Below, one piece after another: positions 10,365 through 20,339 of a stretch of 64,000 nt of DNA (position 1 is the stretch's first letter; every line of letters starts with the position of its first letter). The translations under genes and the position numbers were made by a program. The notes under the pieces were generated by a model, which ran no database searches, had not been told where the DNA came from, and saw nothing but the letters and a program-made list of their open reading frames with translations. Source of the DNA: Planctomycetota bacterium (GTDB lineage Bacteria; Planctomycetota; UBA1135; UBA2386); contig OZ245838.1 in the NCBI GenBank assembly GCA_965228735.1, forward strand, positions 1,696,001 through 1,760,000, in the 5' to 3' direction.

Positions 10365-11495
10365 ATGCTCGCCATCACTCTGCTGCTGAGCCTCGCGCCG
10401 CAAGGCGAGCTCCCGGCCACCGCGGACCCGCAGCCGAAGAAGCAGGACGCGAGCTGGTGCTCACCCGAACGCGCGGCGCGCTGCGCGAAGGCCGCCGAAC
10501 GCGGGCTGCGCTGGCTGCGCGATCAGCAGCAGGACTCGGGCTCGTGGGTCGGCATCGTCGGCCACAAGATGTCGAACGACTACGTCGAGCTCGACAGCGG
10601 ACTGCCGGTCGGCGGGCAGCGCCGCTCCGGTCACGGCCACCTCGGGGTGACGGCGATCGCGGGCATGGCCTTCCTCGCGGGCGGCCACCTGCCGGGCCGC
10701 GGCGAGTTCGGCACGGCGGTCACCAAGGCCAACGACTACATCGTGCGCAGCACCGCGGACAGCGGCCTGCTGACGGCGTCCGGCACCCGGATGTACAGCC
10801 ACGCGTTCGCCACGCTGTTCCTCGCCGAGATCCACGGCATGACGTCCGAACGGGGCCGCAAGTCGGCGCTCGAGCGCGCGGTCCACCTGATCGTCGACAC
10901 CCAGAACCAGGTCGGCGGCTGGCGCTACAACCCGTTCGACCGCGCGACGGATCTCTCCGTCACGGTCTGCCAGCTGCAGGCGCTGCGCGCGGCGCGCAAC
11001 ATCGGCATCCATGTGCCGAGCGGCACGATCGATCGCGCGATGGCCTACGTGAAGAAGAGCCGGGTCACGTCGCGCGGCTACGACCAGGGGCTGTACTACT
11101 ACAAGATCTACGGCGACGGCGCCTACCGCAAGTCGGGCCAGTACGCGATCAACGCCGCTGCGCTCACCGCACTCGCGAGCGCCGGCGTCTACAACGACAA
11201 CCTCACCGACCCGGTCCTCACGTTCCTCGAGTCCGAATACGGCAACCTCGCCGACTACTGCCCCGAGCACTTCTACTACTGGTACGGCAACTACTACGCC
11301 GCGCAGGCATTCTTCCAGTTCGGCGGGCCGCGCTGCCGCGCGTTCTACCAGAGCCTGAGCGACGACCTGCTCCGTAGGCAGCGTGCCGACGGCAGTTGGC
11401 GCAACAGCGTCGGCCCCGGTGATGAGTTTTCCACAGCCGTGGCGTGCCTGCTGCTGCAGATGCCTCAGCAGTATCTCCCGATCTTCCAACGCTGA
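10365..11495 (+). CDS. Prenyltransferase/squalene oxidase repeat protein, secreted
   Basis: GLRWLRDQQQDSGSW, MYSHAFATLFLAE, QNQVGGWRY, DLSVTVCQLQALRAARN, QRADGSW. Confidence 0.88.
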   Translation: MLAITLLLSLAPQGELPATADPQPKKQDASWCSPERAARCAKAAERGLRWLRDQQQDSGSWVGIVGHKMSNDYVELDSGLPVGGQRRSGHGHLGVTAIAGMAFLAGGHLPGRGEFGTAVTKANDYIVRSTADSGLLTASGTRMYSHAFATLFLAEIHGMTSERGRKSALERAVHLIVDTQNQVGGWRYNPFDRATDLSVTVCQLQALRAARNIGIHVPSGTIDRAMAYVKKSRVTSRGYDQGLYYYKIYGDGAYRKSGQYAINAAALTALASAGVYNDNLTDPVLTFLESEYGNLADYCPEHFYYWYGNYYAAQAFFQFGGPRCRAFYQSLSDDLLRRQRADGSWRNSVGPGDEFSTAVACLLLQMPQQYLPIFQR

Positions 11496-11762
11496 ACGGC
11501 GCGTAGGGCCGAGTGTTCCCCGGGCCGCGGCGCGGCTGGTGCGCCCTTTGCGCTTGAATCCAGCGCCAGAGCCGTCAGGATCGGGGTTCCGCCGATCTAC
11601 GGTCAGATCGGCGTCGGTCAGAAACGGTCGGATTTCGTCGGGTGTGGTGCTCGGCGATCTGCGACCACCCACGGTCTGCCAGGTCAGCGGCCACCGCGTT
11701 CAGGATCTGTTCCCGTGCGCGTCGGTCGCATTCGGTCATTCGCCAATCGGTCATAGGGAGCT

Positions 11763-12923
11763 ATGCGCCACCAATCCGCACGCGTCGTGTTCGCGGCGTG
11801 CCTGCTTTCGGCTTTCGCCGCAGCTCAGGCACCGCATTCGTCCAGCAACTTCGAATACCTGAAGGACCCGCTCGGTCTGGACGCGTTCGGTGTCGGCAAC
11901 CCAACGGGTGGGACCACCGCGAGCCCGGGCTCGAGTGGCAGTCCCCGGTTCCACACGGGTCTGTTCAACACGACCTTGAGCGCGCCGGGTCGCCGCGCGC
12001 TCGAAGCCGCGGCGCAAGAACCCGACTACTCGATGCGCGGCATGTTCCAGCAGGCGCACGGTGCCTTCATGGCGGGCCGCAACCGCTACGAGCCGATGAT
12101 GTCGGTCGGGGTCTCGCTGTTCCCGAACGCGCGCGTGAACGGCGAGCCCGGCTCGTTCGACCTGATCGTGCCGACGTTCGACGCCGATCTGCCGATCGTC
12201 GTGTCGCCCGAGGGCTACATCATGCTCGGTGCATACTACGAGTCGCGGCACTACATCTTCACCTCGAGCACGGGGCTCGCGGACGAGACGCTGTATCGCA
12301 CGGGCGCGAAGCTCGGGTTCGGCACGTTCCTCGGCCAGGACACGCTGCTCGAGGTCGAGTTCCAGCCCGGCCTGTTCAGCGACGCCGACTCGACGCTGCA
12401 CACGGAGGACTGGGATGCGCCGTCGTTCGCGCTGCTGACCCACCGCCTCGCCGACGGCATCTACGGCAAGATCGGCGTGCGCTACAACGAGATCTACGCG
12501 GACGCCAACGTGCTGCCCTACATCGGCATCAGCTGGGACATCACCGGCTCGATGGCGATGGGTGAATACGCGCCCGAGGACAGCTGGCGCCTCGACGTCA
12601 TGTTCCCCGAGTACGCGGAGCTGTCCTACTGGCCGACGCCCGACACCGGCTTCTCGCTCGGTGCGCTCGTGCAAGGTGCCGAATACCACGTTCGCAGCTC
12701 GACCGCGACGGGCCGCCAGCGCGACGATCTGCGCGTGCAGGAGGTCCTGGCCTACCTCGGCTTCGTGCACCGCTTCAGCGACAACTTCTCGTTCGGTCTG
12801 CGGAGCGGCGTGACGCTCGCGGGTGACTACGAGCTCACGAACGGGCAGGGCACGTTCATGCCGGTCGACGGCGCGCTCGACCAGACGTTCTTCGCGCACG
12901 CGTCGATCGGCATCGACTGGTAG
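11763..12923 (+). CDS. Outer-membrane beta-barrel protein (DUF6268-like)
   Basis: Signal peptide, alternating amphipathic beta strands, C-terminal aromatic residue (…SIGIDW). Confidence 0.65.
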   Translation: MRHQSARVVFAACLLSAFAAAQAPHSSSNFEYLKDPLGLDAFGVGNPTGGTTASPGSSGSPRFHTGLFNTTLSAPGRRALEAAAQEPDYSMRGMFQQAHGAFMAGRNRYEPMMSVGVSLFPNARVNGEPGSFDLIVPTFDADLPIVVSPEGYIMLGAYYESRHYIFTSSTGLADETLYRTGAKLGFGTFLGQDTLLEVEFQPGLFSDADSTLHTEDWDAPSFALLTHRLADGIYGKIGVRYNEIYADANVLPYIGISWDITGSMAMGEYAPEDSWRLDVMFPEYAELSYWPTPDTGFSLGALVQGAEYHVRSSTATGRQRDDLRVQEVLAYLGFVHRFSDNFSFGLRSGVTLAGDYELTNGQGTFMPVDGALDQTFFAHASIGIDW

Positions 12924-12960
12924 GCGCGACTGACTGGCCGCGATTGGCCGGCCGCGACGA

Positions 12961-14085
12961 TCAACGCGTGGCCGTTCCGGCCCGGTCCGCGACGCGCGTG
13001 TAGAGCTCACCGAAGCGGTCGAGGCAGCAGACCGCCTCGTAGCGTTCGGTGACCCGCGCACGATTGGCCGCGCCGAGCCGGGCTCGCAGGGCCGCGTCGT
13101 CGAGCACCGCCGCGAGCGCACCGCCGAGTGCCAGATGATCCTCGCGCGGCACGACGAACGGCGTCTGCGCCGCGGGCAGGATGCGCGCGATGTCGCCGAC
13201 GTCGGTCGCGACCACGGCGCAGCCCGTCGCCATCGCTTCGAGCAGCGAGATCGGCATCTGCTCGGTCCGGGACGAGAGCACGAACACGTCCATCTGCCGG
13301 TACTCGGGCGCCGTGTCGGCGACCGCGCCCACGAAGTCGATCCGGTCACCGATCCCGAGCTCTGCGGCCAGCGCCGTCAGGGCGGGCCGCAATGGCCCGT
13401 CGCCGACGAGCCGCAACCGCGGCGCAGCAACGCCCTGCTTGCCGCCCGTCGCCAGCGCGAACGCGTGCAGCAGGTTGTCGTGGTCCTTCTCGCCGCGCAA
13501 ACCGCCCACGCTGCCGACGACGAGCTGCGCGTCATGGCGTTCCTCGACGCCGCCCGCGACCGGCGCGAAGCGCTGCAGGTCGACGCCGTTCGGCAGCAGG
13601 TGCAGATCGGCGCTGCGCACCCCCCATTCGCGCCGCGCGATGCCTTCGAGCACGGCCGACGGCACGATGACCGGAGTCGAACGGAGCAGCAACCGCCGCA
13701 GCCAGTTGCGCCGCCGAAAGCGCCGCGCCACCTCCTCGGGCCCGAAGCCGTCCTCGTGGTGCACGTGCGGCGAGCCGAGAGCCCGCGCCGCGGCGACGGT
13801 CTCGATCGCGCCCCAGTTGTAGGTCAGCACGAGGTCGGGCGAGAGCTCGCGCAGCCAGTCACGCAACCACGCGCGCGTCGCGAAGAACCCACCCGGCGGA
13901 GGCGGCTCGGCGACCCCGAACTCGACGCTCGAATCGAGCTGCGCGCGCGCCTCGGTGCGCCCGTCCATCGCCATCACGACGTGCCGGAACGCGGGCCCGA
14001 GGTGCCGCATGAGCTGCACGGCGCGGACCTGCGGTCCGCCGGGCGCGAACGTCGCGAACACGTGCGCGATCGTGCGCGCGGTCAT
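12961..14085 (-). CDS. Glycosyltransferase family 4
   Basis: LPNGVD, VGGLRGEKDH, VGDGPLR, DVFVLSSRTEQMPISLLEAMATG. Confidence 0.95.
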   Translation of the reverse strand: MTARTIAHVFATFAPGGPQVRAVQLMRHLGPAFRHVVMAMDGRTEARAQLDSSVEFGVAEPPPPGGFFATRAWLRDWLRELSPDLVLTYNWGAIETVAAARALGSPHVHHEDGFGPEEVARRFRRRNWLRRLLLRSTPVIVPSAVLEGIARREWGVRSADLHLLPNGVDLQRFAPVAGGVEERHDAQLVVGSVGGLRGEKDHDNLLHAFALATGGKQGVAAPRLRLVGDGPLRPALTALAAELGIGDRIDFVGAVADTAPEYRQMDVFVLSSRTEQMPISLLEAMATGCAVVATDVGDIARILPAAQTPFVVPREDHLALGGALAAVLDDAALRARLGAANRARVTERYEAVCCLDRFGELYTRVADRAGTATR

Positions 14086-16322
14086 CGCGGTCCGAACGCG
14101 CGATCGAGGAACCGCGCGCGGTCGGCTTCGGGTACAAAACCGAGATCGCGTTTGCTCGCGCTGCAGTCGAACGGTGCCCGGAAGCTGCGCGACGCGAAGT
14201 CGCGGAATGCGGGCCACTGCCGCGGCCGCCGGGCGAGCACCTTGACGACGTGTTTGCCCACCTCCTGCAGCCACATCCAGCGCAGGAAGATCGGGTGGTA
14301 GTGGTAGTCGCGGCCGGTGCGCGCCGTGAGCTCGCGCATGTACTCGCGCGCCGTCAACCGCACGTCACCCGCGAGGTTGTAGGACTGGTCGCCCGCGTTC
14401 TCCGCGGTCAGCGCCGCGACGAGCCCGGCCGCGCAGTCGTCGGCGAGCACGAACGGCAACGGCGTCGTGCCGCGGCCCCAACCGACGCAGTGGTTGTCCT
14501 TGACCCACAGGCCGACGCCCGAGTGCTCGAGGATGCCGTCCGGCCCGACGACGATCGCCGGGCGCACGATGGTCATCTCGGTGCGCCGATTCTCGGTGCT
14601 CTGGCCCGCGACACTCTGGCCCGCGACATCCTGGCCCGCGACATTCTGGCCACGCAAGGCCACGAGCGCGTGTTCGGCCGCGATCTTGCCGCGCGCGTAC
14701 TCGCCGCGATGCGCGGGCCTGGGGTCGGGCCCGATGCTGTCCGGCACCGGCGCGCTGCCGCCGAGCCAGAGCGCCGCCGTGCTGCTCGCGTAGACGAACC
14801 GTTCGACCTTGGCCGCGACCGCGGCCTTGCCGGCATGCTCCACGGCCGTCGGCATCGCCTGCTCGACGGGAACCGAACCGTCGCCCGCCACGGTCGCCAG
14901 GTGCAGCACGGACTGCGCGCCTTCGAACGCCCGCTGTAGAACGCCCGGATCCGACGCGTCGCCGACGAACACACGCACGCTGCCGTCGCGCAGGTCCGCG
15001 GGCAGCAAGTGCGGCTTGCGCACGACCAGCGTGACCGGGCGATCCGCGCTGCGCAGCTGCGCCACCGCGCGGCGACCGAGGAAGCCGGTGCCGCCGAGCA
15101 CGACGACCTCGCCCGGTCGCGCCGGGCCGGGTGCGGGCAGATCGGCCGGCGCCGGCGGGGCTTCGAGCGACGCGTCGGCCGCGCGCGCCGTCTGCATGCA
15201 CATGTCGAGCACGGCCCGCGCCCCGGCCGGGCTCAGCACTGCCGGCAACTGGCCCTGGCCGCGCACGGCAGCGTGGAACGCCGACAACGTGCCGCGCATC
15301 CCGCGCAGGAACGGATCGTCCGGGAACGCCAGCTTGAACAACCCGAGGCCGTAGCCGGCGACCGCCGAGATCGCGCGCCCGAGCAGGTGGCGAGAACCGC
15401 GCCACAGGTTGAGCCCGTGATCGAAGAACTCGAGCCAGCGCGTCTTGGTCCGCAGCTCGCAGCTCGCGCGCTGCAGATCGACGAATGCGGCGCCGTCGCT
15501 GCCGATGCAGTGCGCCGTCGTCTCGAGCATCGTGCGACCGAACGCCATCCGCACGTTGGCCGTGCCACGTTCGCACTCGAGCGTCACGTGCCATTCGGCC
15601 CGGAAGTCGACACCGTTGGGCAGCCGCTGCGCGGGTCCGGTCCACGCGGACGCAGCCCGGCATTCACCGAGTGCCGCGTAGACCATCGAGAACACATGCA
15701 CGCCCTGCTCCCAGACGATGTTGGCGCCGGTCTGGAACATGAAGTGGCTGACGTCACCGGTCGCGAGCTGCCGCAGCGGCACGTTGTGCTGCAGCGCGAG
15801 GTGCTCGATGCGGCCGAGGCGACCCGCCGCGAGATGACGCGTGAGCCGGGCGAACCCCGGGTTCTCGGTCAGGTTGTGGTTGACCGCGAGCACGGCGCCG
15901 CGCTCCTTCGCGGCGATCTCGACCTCGGCCACCTCCTCGGCCCGCAGCACGAGCGGCTTCTCCACCAGCACGTGCAGGCCAGCGGCGAGGCAAGCGAGCG
16001 CGATCTCACGATGCAGCGCCGGCGGCACGAGCACGTGGACCGCGTCGACGTCGCCGGCCTCGATCAGCTCCTCGACGCTGGCGAACGCGCGCTGCACGCC
16101 GTGCTTCCGCGCGAGCTCCTGCGCCCGCGCGATCGCCGGATCGACGAGGGCAGTGACCTCGACGTCCGCGACCGAACGCAGCACCATGAGGTGGACGTCC
16201 GCGATGAACCCACTGCCGATCAGGGCCACGCGCGTGCGGCGGCCGGTCACGGTGCGGGGAGGCTGCGTGGGTGCTTGGACGGGAGCTCTCGTGGACGTGG
16301 TCAGACTCGGATCCTGCGGCAT
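14082..16322 (-). CDS. Fused Gfo/Idh/MocA oxidoreductase + NAD-dependent epimerase/dehydratase
   Basis: IGSGFIA and HVLVEKP in the N-terminal half; LGGTGFLG, YASST, YARGK, RPAIVVG in the C-terminal half; start could be 16343 or 16391. Confidence 0.88.
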   Translation of the reverse strand: MPQDPSLTTSTRAPVQAPTQPPRTVTGRRTRVALIGSGFIADVHLMVLRSVADVEVTALVDPAIARAQELARKHGVQRAFASVEELIEAGDVDAVHVLVPPALHREIALACLAAGLHVLVEKPLVLRAEEVAEVEIAAKERGAVLAVNHNLTENPGFARLTRHLAAGRLGRIEHLALQHNVPLRQLATGDVSHFMFQTGANIVWEQGVHVFSMVYAALGECRAASAWTGPAQRLPNGVDFRAEWHVTLECERGTANVRMAFGRTMLETTAHCIGSDGAAFVDLQRASCELRTKTRWLEFFDHGLNLWRGSRHLLGRAISAVAGYGLGLFKLAFPDDPFLRGMRGTLSAFHAAVRGQGQLPAVLSPAGARAVLDMCMQTARAADASLEAPPAPADLPAPGPARPGEVVVLGGTGFLGRRAVAQLRSADRPVTLVVRKPHLLPADLRDGSVRVFVGDASDPGVLQRAFEGAQSVLHLATVAGDGSVPVEQAMPTAVEHAGKAAVAAKVERFVYASSTAALWLGGSAPVPDSIGPDPRPAHRGEYARGKIAAEHALVALRGQNVAGQDVAGQSVAGQSTENRRTEMTIVRPAIVVGPDGILEHSGVGLWVKDNHCVGWGRGTTPLPFVLADDCAAGLVAALTAENAGDQSYNLAGDVRLTAREYMRELTARTGRDYHYHPIFLRWMWLQEVGKHVVKVLARRPRQWPAFRDFASRSFRAPFDCSASKRDLGFVPEADRARFLDRAFGPR
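14601..14651. repeat. 15-bp in-frame tandem repeat (CTGGCCCGCGACAyy x3.4) encoding GQxVA repeats
   Basis: ctggcccgcgacact ctggcccgcgacatc ctggcccgcgacatt ctggcc. Confidence 0.9.
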
Positions 16323-16486
16323 CGGGAGAAGCGGCGCAACCATGGCGTTATCGGCAACGGCTGTCGATGATTCGAGCCGCGGTTCCCCCATCGTTTTCCG
16401 AGGATTCGTGCGGCCTCGACGCCCGCGCAGTCGGCGGTCGCATGGTCACTTCCGCGCCCGCTCCGATTCGCCTTCAGCCCGAGACC

Positions 16487-17611
16487 ATGCCACACCTCAC
16501 CCGCCGCACGTTCTGCGCCCTCGGTTCTGCCGCCACGCTGTCGTCGCTGGCCAACGCGCCCTGGATCAGCAGGCGGGGGTCGCCACGGCGCGCGGTGCAA
16601 TGGCACGACGTCGCAGACTGGCCGATCGAAGGCCGCGCGTTCGCGGCCCGCAAGGCGCCGTTCGACCGGCTGCCCGCGGCCGCCGAGGGCGTCGTGCGGG
16701 ACGCGGTCTGGAACCTGTCGCGCCACAGCGCGGGCATGCTCGTGCGCCTGCGGACGAACAGCCCGGAGCTGCACGTGCGCTACCGGCTCACGAGCGCGCG
16801 CCTCGCGATGGCGCACATGCCCGCGACGGGCGTGAGCGGCGTCGACCTCTACGGTCACGACGGCAGCGGCTGGCGGTGGATCGACGTCACGCGACCGCAG
16901 AAGCAGGACGTCGCGCGCCGGTTCTTCCACGCCCGCGACGTCGCCGAGCGCGACTTCGCGCTCTACCTGCCGCTCTACAACGGCATCGAGAGTCTCGAGC
17001 TCGGCGTCCTCGACGACGCGACGATCACGCCGCTGCCCCGCCGCGGCGACGATCCGAAGTCGCGGCCGATCCTGTGCTACGGCACCTCGATCATGCACGG
17101 CGCGTGCGCGTCGCGCCCCGGCATGGCGTGGCCCGCGATCGTCGGCCGCCAGCTCGACCGCGAGGTCCTCAACTTCGGATTCTCGGGGAACGGCCGCATG
17201 GAGACGACCGTCGGTCGGTTCCTCGTCGAGCTCGACCCCGCGGCCTTCGTGATCGACTGCCTGCCGAACATCAGCCCGCAACAGACGAAGGAACGCACGG
17301 AGCCGCTCGTCCGACAGCTGCGCGAGGCGCGACCGGACACCCCGATCCTGCTCGTCGAGGATCGCACGTTCACCAACGCATGGTTCCACGAAGCCCGACG
17401 CGAGGCCCACGAGGATCGCCGTCGCGAGCTGCGCGACGCGATCCAGCGGCTGCGTGATGCCGGCGTGGAGAACCTGCACCTGCTCGCTGGCGAGGATCTG
17501 CTCGGCCGCGACGGCGACGGCGCGACCGATGGTTCGCACCCCAACGACCTCGGCATGTGGCGCCAGGCCAACGCGGTCAGCGCAGCGGTCCGCCCGCTGT
17601 TGCGGGGCTGA
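16487..17611 (+). CDS. SGNH/GDSL hydrolase, Tat-type signal
   Basis: TRRTFCALG, YGTSIMHGACASRPG, NFGFSGNG, IDCLPN, DGSHPNDLG. Confidence 0.93.
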   Translation: MPHLTRRTFCALGSAATLSSLANAPWISRRGSPRRAVQWHDVADWPIEGRAFAARKAPFDRLPAAAEGVVRDAVWNLSRHSAGMLVRLRTNSPELHVRYRLTSARLAMAHMPATGVSGVDLYGHDGSGWRWIDVTRPQKQDVARRFFHARDVAERDFALYLPLYNGIESLELGVLDDATITPLPRRGDDPKSRPILCYGTSIMHGACASRPGMAWPAIVGRQLDREVLNFGFSGNGRMETTVGRFLVELDPAAFVIDCLPNISPQQTKERTEPLVRQLREARPDTPILLVEDRTFTNAWFHEARREAHEDRRRELRDAIQRLRDAGVENLHLLAGEDLLGRDGDGATDGSHPNDLGMWRQANAVSAAVRPLLRG

Positions 17612-17613
17612 CC

Positions 17614-20250
17614 CTACGGCTCCGGTCGGAGTGCCACGCTGATGCCGTTCCCCGTGTCGGAGTCGCCGCTGGCGGTCGCCGTGCGCGTTCCCGTCGCCCC
17701 GGCTCCACCGAGCAGCTCCACGTTCACGCTCAGCGCGATCCCGACCGCGTCGGGCGGCGGCAGGCTCGCGACATCGACGATCTCGGTCATGCCGACAGGC
17801 GGCGTCCACGTCGCCGACGAGGAGAAGCCGTGCGCGGTGACGAGCATCGCGCCCGCTACGGTCGTCGTCACGTCGGGAGCCGGGTGCGCCAACCCCGACG
17901 CCGTGGACGCGCCGGCCTCGACATCGATCGGACTCGCGGCATCGGCCTCGCGGAACGCGAGCAGTCCACCACCCGATCCCGTCGAGCTCGAGAACGTGAA
18001 CGCGTGCGTTGCAGGCTCGCTCGACGTCGCGATCCGCGAGTAGACGGCGAGCGAGTTCGCCGCCCCACCCGAGTTGTCCGACCGCCGGACCAGGGTCCAA
18101 CCCGCCGGCGGAGTGATCGTCGCGGTGTCGGGTCGGATCGCGATCGCGGCGATGAGCACGTCATCCGCCAGGGTGCCGACCGGCGTCGCAAGCGTCAGCG
18201 TGGTCACGCCCGAAGGCTCCGACGCGGAGGAGCTGCCCCGCAAGGCGATGCCCGCCACGGTGACCGTGATCACGGCCGCCGCATTGATCCCGGTCCCCGG
18301 GTCCGTCCCGGTGATCGTCGCCGAGCCGATCGCGACACCGGTGACGAGGCCTTCGCTGCCGCCGGCGTTCGACACGGTCGCCGTTCCCGGACTGCCCGAA
18401 GACCAGGTCACCTGGTCGGTGAGATCCTGCTGCGAGGCGTCGGTGTAGGTGCCCGTCGCGACGAGCTGCTGGGTCCCTCCGACCCCGACCTCGGTCGCCG
18501 CCGGCGACACCGCAATCGACACTAGGGTCGCTGCCGTAACCGTCAACGTGGTCGCGTCGTTCACTCCAGTGCCCGGCTCGGTTGCGGTGATCGTCGTCGC
18601 TCCGAGCGCCACCGACGTGGCCTGGCCCTCGCTGCCACCGGCGTTGGACACCGTTGCGACGCCGGTCGCCGACGAGCTCCAGGTGACCGCAGCCGTCAGA
18701 TCCTGCACCGAGGCATCCGAGTAAGTGCCGGTCGCCGTGAACTGCTGGCCGGTCCCGAGCGGAATCGAGGGCGAGCTTGGCGTGACGGCGATCGATACGA
18801 GCACGGCGGCGGTCACCGTCAGCGTCGTGCTGCCATTGATGCCCGATCCCGGCTCGGTCGCGGTGATCGTGGTGCCCCCGATCGCCGCCGAGGTCGCCAA
18901 CCCCTCGGTACCCGGCGCGTTGGAGACGGTCGCCGTGGCCGGAACGGACGAAGCCCAGGTGACCGAGTCCGTCAGGTCCTGGACCGAAGCATCGGTGAAC
19001 GTGCCGGTGGCGGTGAACGCCTGCGCCGTGCCGAGCGCGATCGACGGATCTGCCGGCGTCACCGCGATGGCGACGAGCTCGGCCGCCGTGACCGTGAGGA
19101 CCGTGTTGCCGTGGATTCCCGATCCCGGGTCCGTGGCCGTGATCGTCGCGGCGCCGACCGCGACCGACGTCGCGAGCCCTTCGCTGCCGCCGGCGTTCGA
19201 GACCGTCGCCGTCGCCGGGGCGGACGACGCCCACGTGACCGAGTCCGTCAGGTCCTGGACCGAGGCATTCGTGAAGGTGCCGGTCGCCACGAACGGCTGG
19301 GTCGTGCCGAGCGCGATCGACGGGTTGGTCGGCGTCACCGCGATCGAGACCAGCGCCGCGGCGGTGACGGTCAGCGTCGTGCTGTCGTTGATGCCCGAGC
19401 CCGCATGGATCGCCGAGATCGTGGTCGCGCCGATCGCCGCGGCGGTCGCCCGCCCCGCACTGCCGAGCGCGTTGGAGACGCTGGCGGCCGCGGGCACCGA
19501 CGACGACCAGGTGACGGCGTCGGTGAGGTCCTGAACGGTGGCGTCGCTGAACGTGCCGGTAGCCGTGAACGATTGCGCCGTCCCGAGCGCGATCGACGGG
19601 TTCGTCGGGGTGATCGCCAACGCCACGAGCACGGCGGCCGTTGCCCCGACCTCGACCGTTCCGACGATTCCCGTCTGCGAATCCGTCGCCGAGATCGTCG
19701 TGACACCGACGCCGACGGCAGTCGTGTAGCCGGCACCCGAAATGCTCGCCACGCTCGCGGCACTCGTGCCCCAGATCACCGCACCTGTCAGATCGGACGT
19801 CGACCCATCGCTGAAGATCCCGGTCGCGGTCAACTGCTGCCCCGTGCCGAGAGCGAGGGTCGGAGCCGCGGGGGTGACCTCGATCGCATCGAGCTCGGCC
19901 GGGGTGCACAGCAGCTGCGCCGAACCGGTCATCGCCGCGCTCGGGAGCTCGGCGCGGATCTGCACCTCGCCCACTGCTCGAGCCCACGCCATACCGGCAT
20001 CGTCGACCGTCGCCGTCGCGTTCGCCGAGCTGCTCCATGCGACGTCGTCGGAGACGTCGACGAGGCGACCGTCGTCGTAGCGCGCGAGCGCCGCGAACTC
20101 GGTGCGCCGACCGAGCGCCAGACCGGCGCCGTTGGGAGTAACCACCACCTCCTCGACGGCAGGGCTGTCGCGGCGCCCCTGCTGACACGCCGGCACGATG
20201 GCCGCGAGGGAGCCGACGACGAGCCAGTCAGGGACTCGCATCCGGCTCAT
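17614..20250 (-). CDS. Lipoprotein with seven bacterial Ig-like (Big_2, Lig-type) repeats and a distinct C-terminal domain
   Basis: Lipobox IVPAC; 7 repeats of ~88-92 aa (LVSIAVTP..SIALG...F.ATGTF.D....DLT..VTW.SS). Confidence 0.9.
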   Translation of the reverse strand: MSRMRVPDWLVVGSLAAIVPACQQGRRDSPAVEEVVVTPNGAGLALGRRTEFAALARYDDGRLVDVSDDVAWSSSANATATVDDAGMAWARAVGEVQIRAELPSAAMTGSAQLLCTPAELDAIEVTPAAPTLALGTGQQLTATGIFSDGSTSDLTGAVIWGTSAASVASISGAGYTTAVGVGVTTISATDSQTGIVGTVEVGATAAVLVALAITPTNPSIALGTAQSFTATGTFSDATVQDLTDAVTWSSSVPAAASVSNALGSAGRATAAAIGATTISAIHAGSGINDSTTLTVTAAALVSIAVTPTNPSIALGTTQPFVATGTFTNASVQDLTDSVTWASSAPATATVSNAGGSEGLATSVAVGAATITATDPGSGIHGNTVLTVTAAELVAIAVTPADPSIALGTAQAFTATGTFTDASVQDLTDSVTWASSVPATATVSNAPGTEGLATSAAIGGTTITATEPGSGINGSTTLTVTAAVLVSIAVTPSSPSIPLGTGQQFTATGTYSDASVQDLTAAVTWSSSATGVATVSNAGGSEGQATSVALGATTITATEPGTGVNDATTLTVTAATLVSIAVSPAATEVGVGGTQQLVATGTYTDASQQDLTDQVTWSSGSPGTATVSNAGGSEGLVTGVAIGSATITGTDPGTGINAAAVITVTVAGIALRGSSSASEPSGVTTLTLATPVGTLADDVLIAAIAIRPDTATITPPAGWTLVRRSDNSGGAANSLAVYSRIATSSEPATHAFTFSSSTGSGGGLLAFREADAASPIDVEAGASTASGLAHPAPDVTTTVAGAMLVTAHGFSSSATWTPPVGMTEIVDVASLPPPDAVGIALSVNVELLGGAGATGTRTATASGDSDTGNGISVALRPEP

Positions 20251-20339
20251 GGTCAGATCAGAGCCATCGGGTCGCGCGGAGGGGTCCTTGAGCGAAGCTC
20301 CGGCCGCTCTCACGCGGCCGCTGCCATGGGCCGTGCGGC

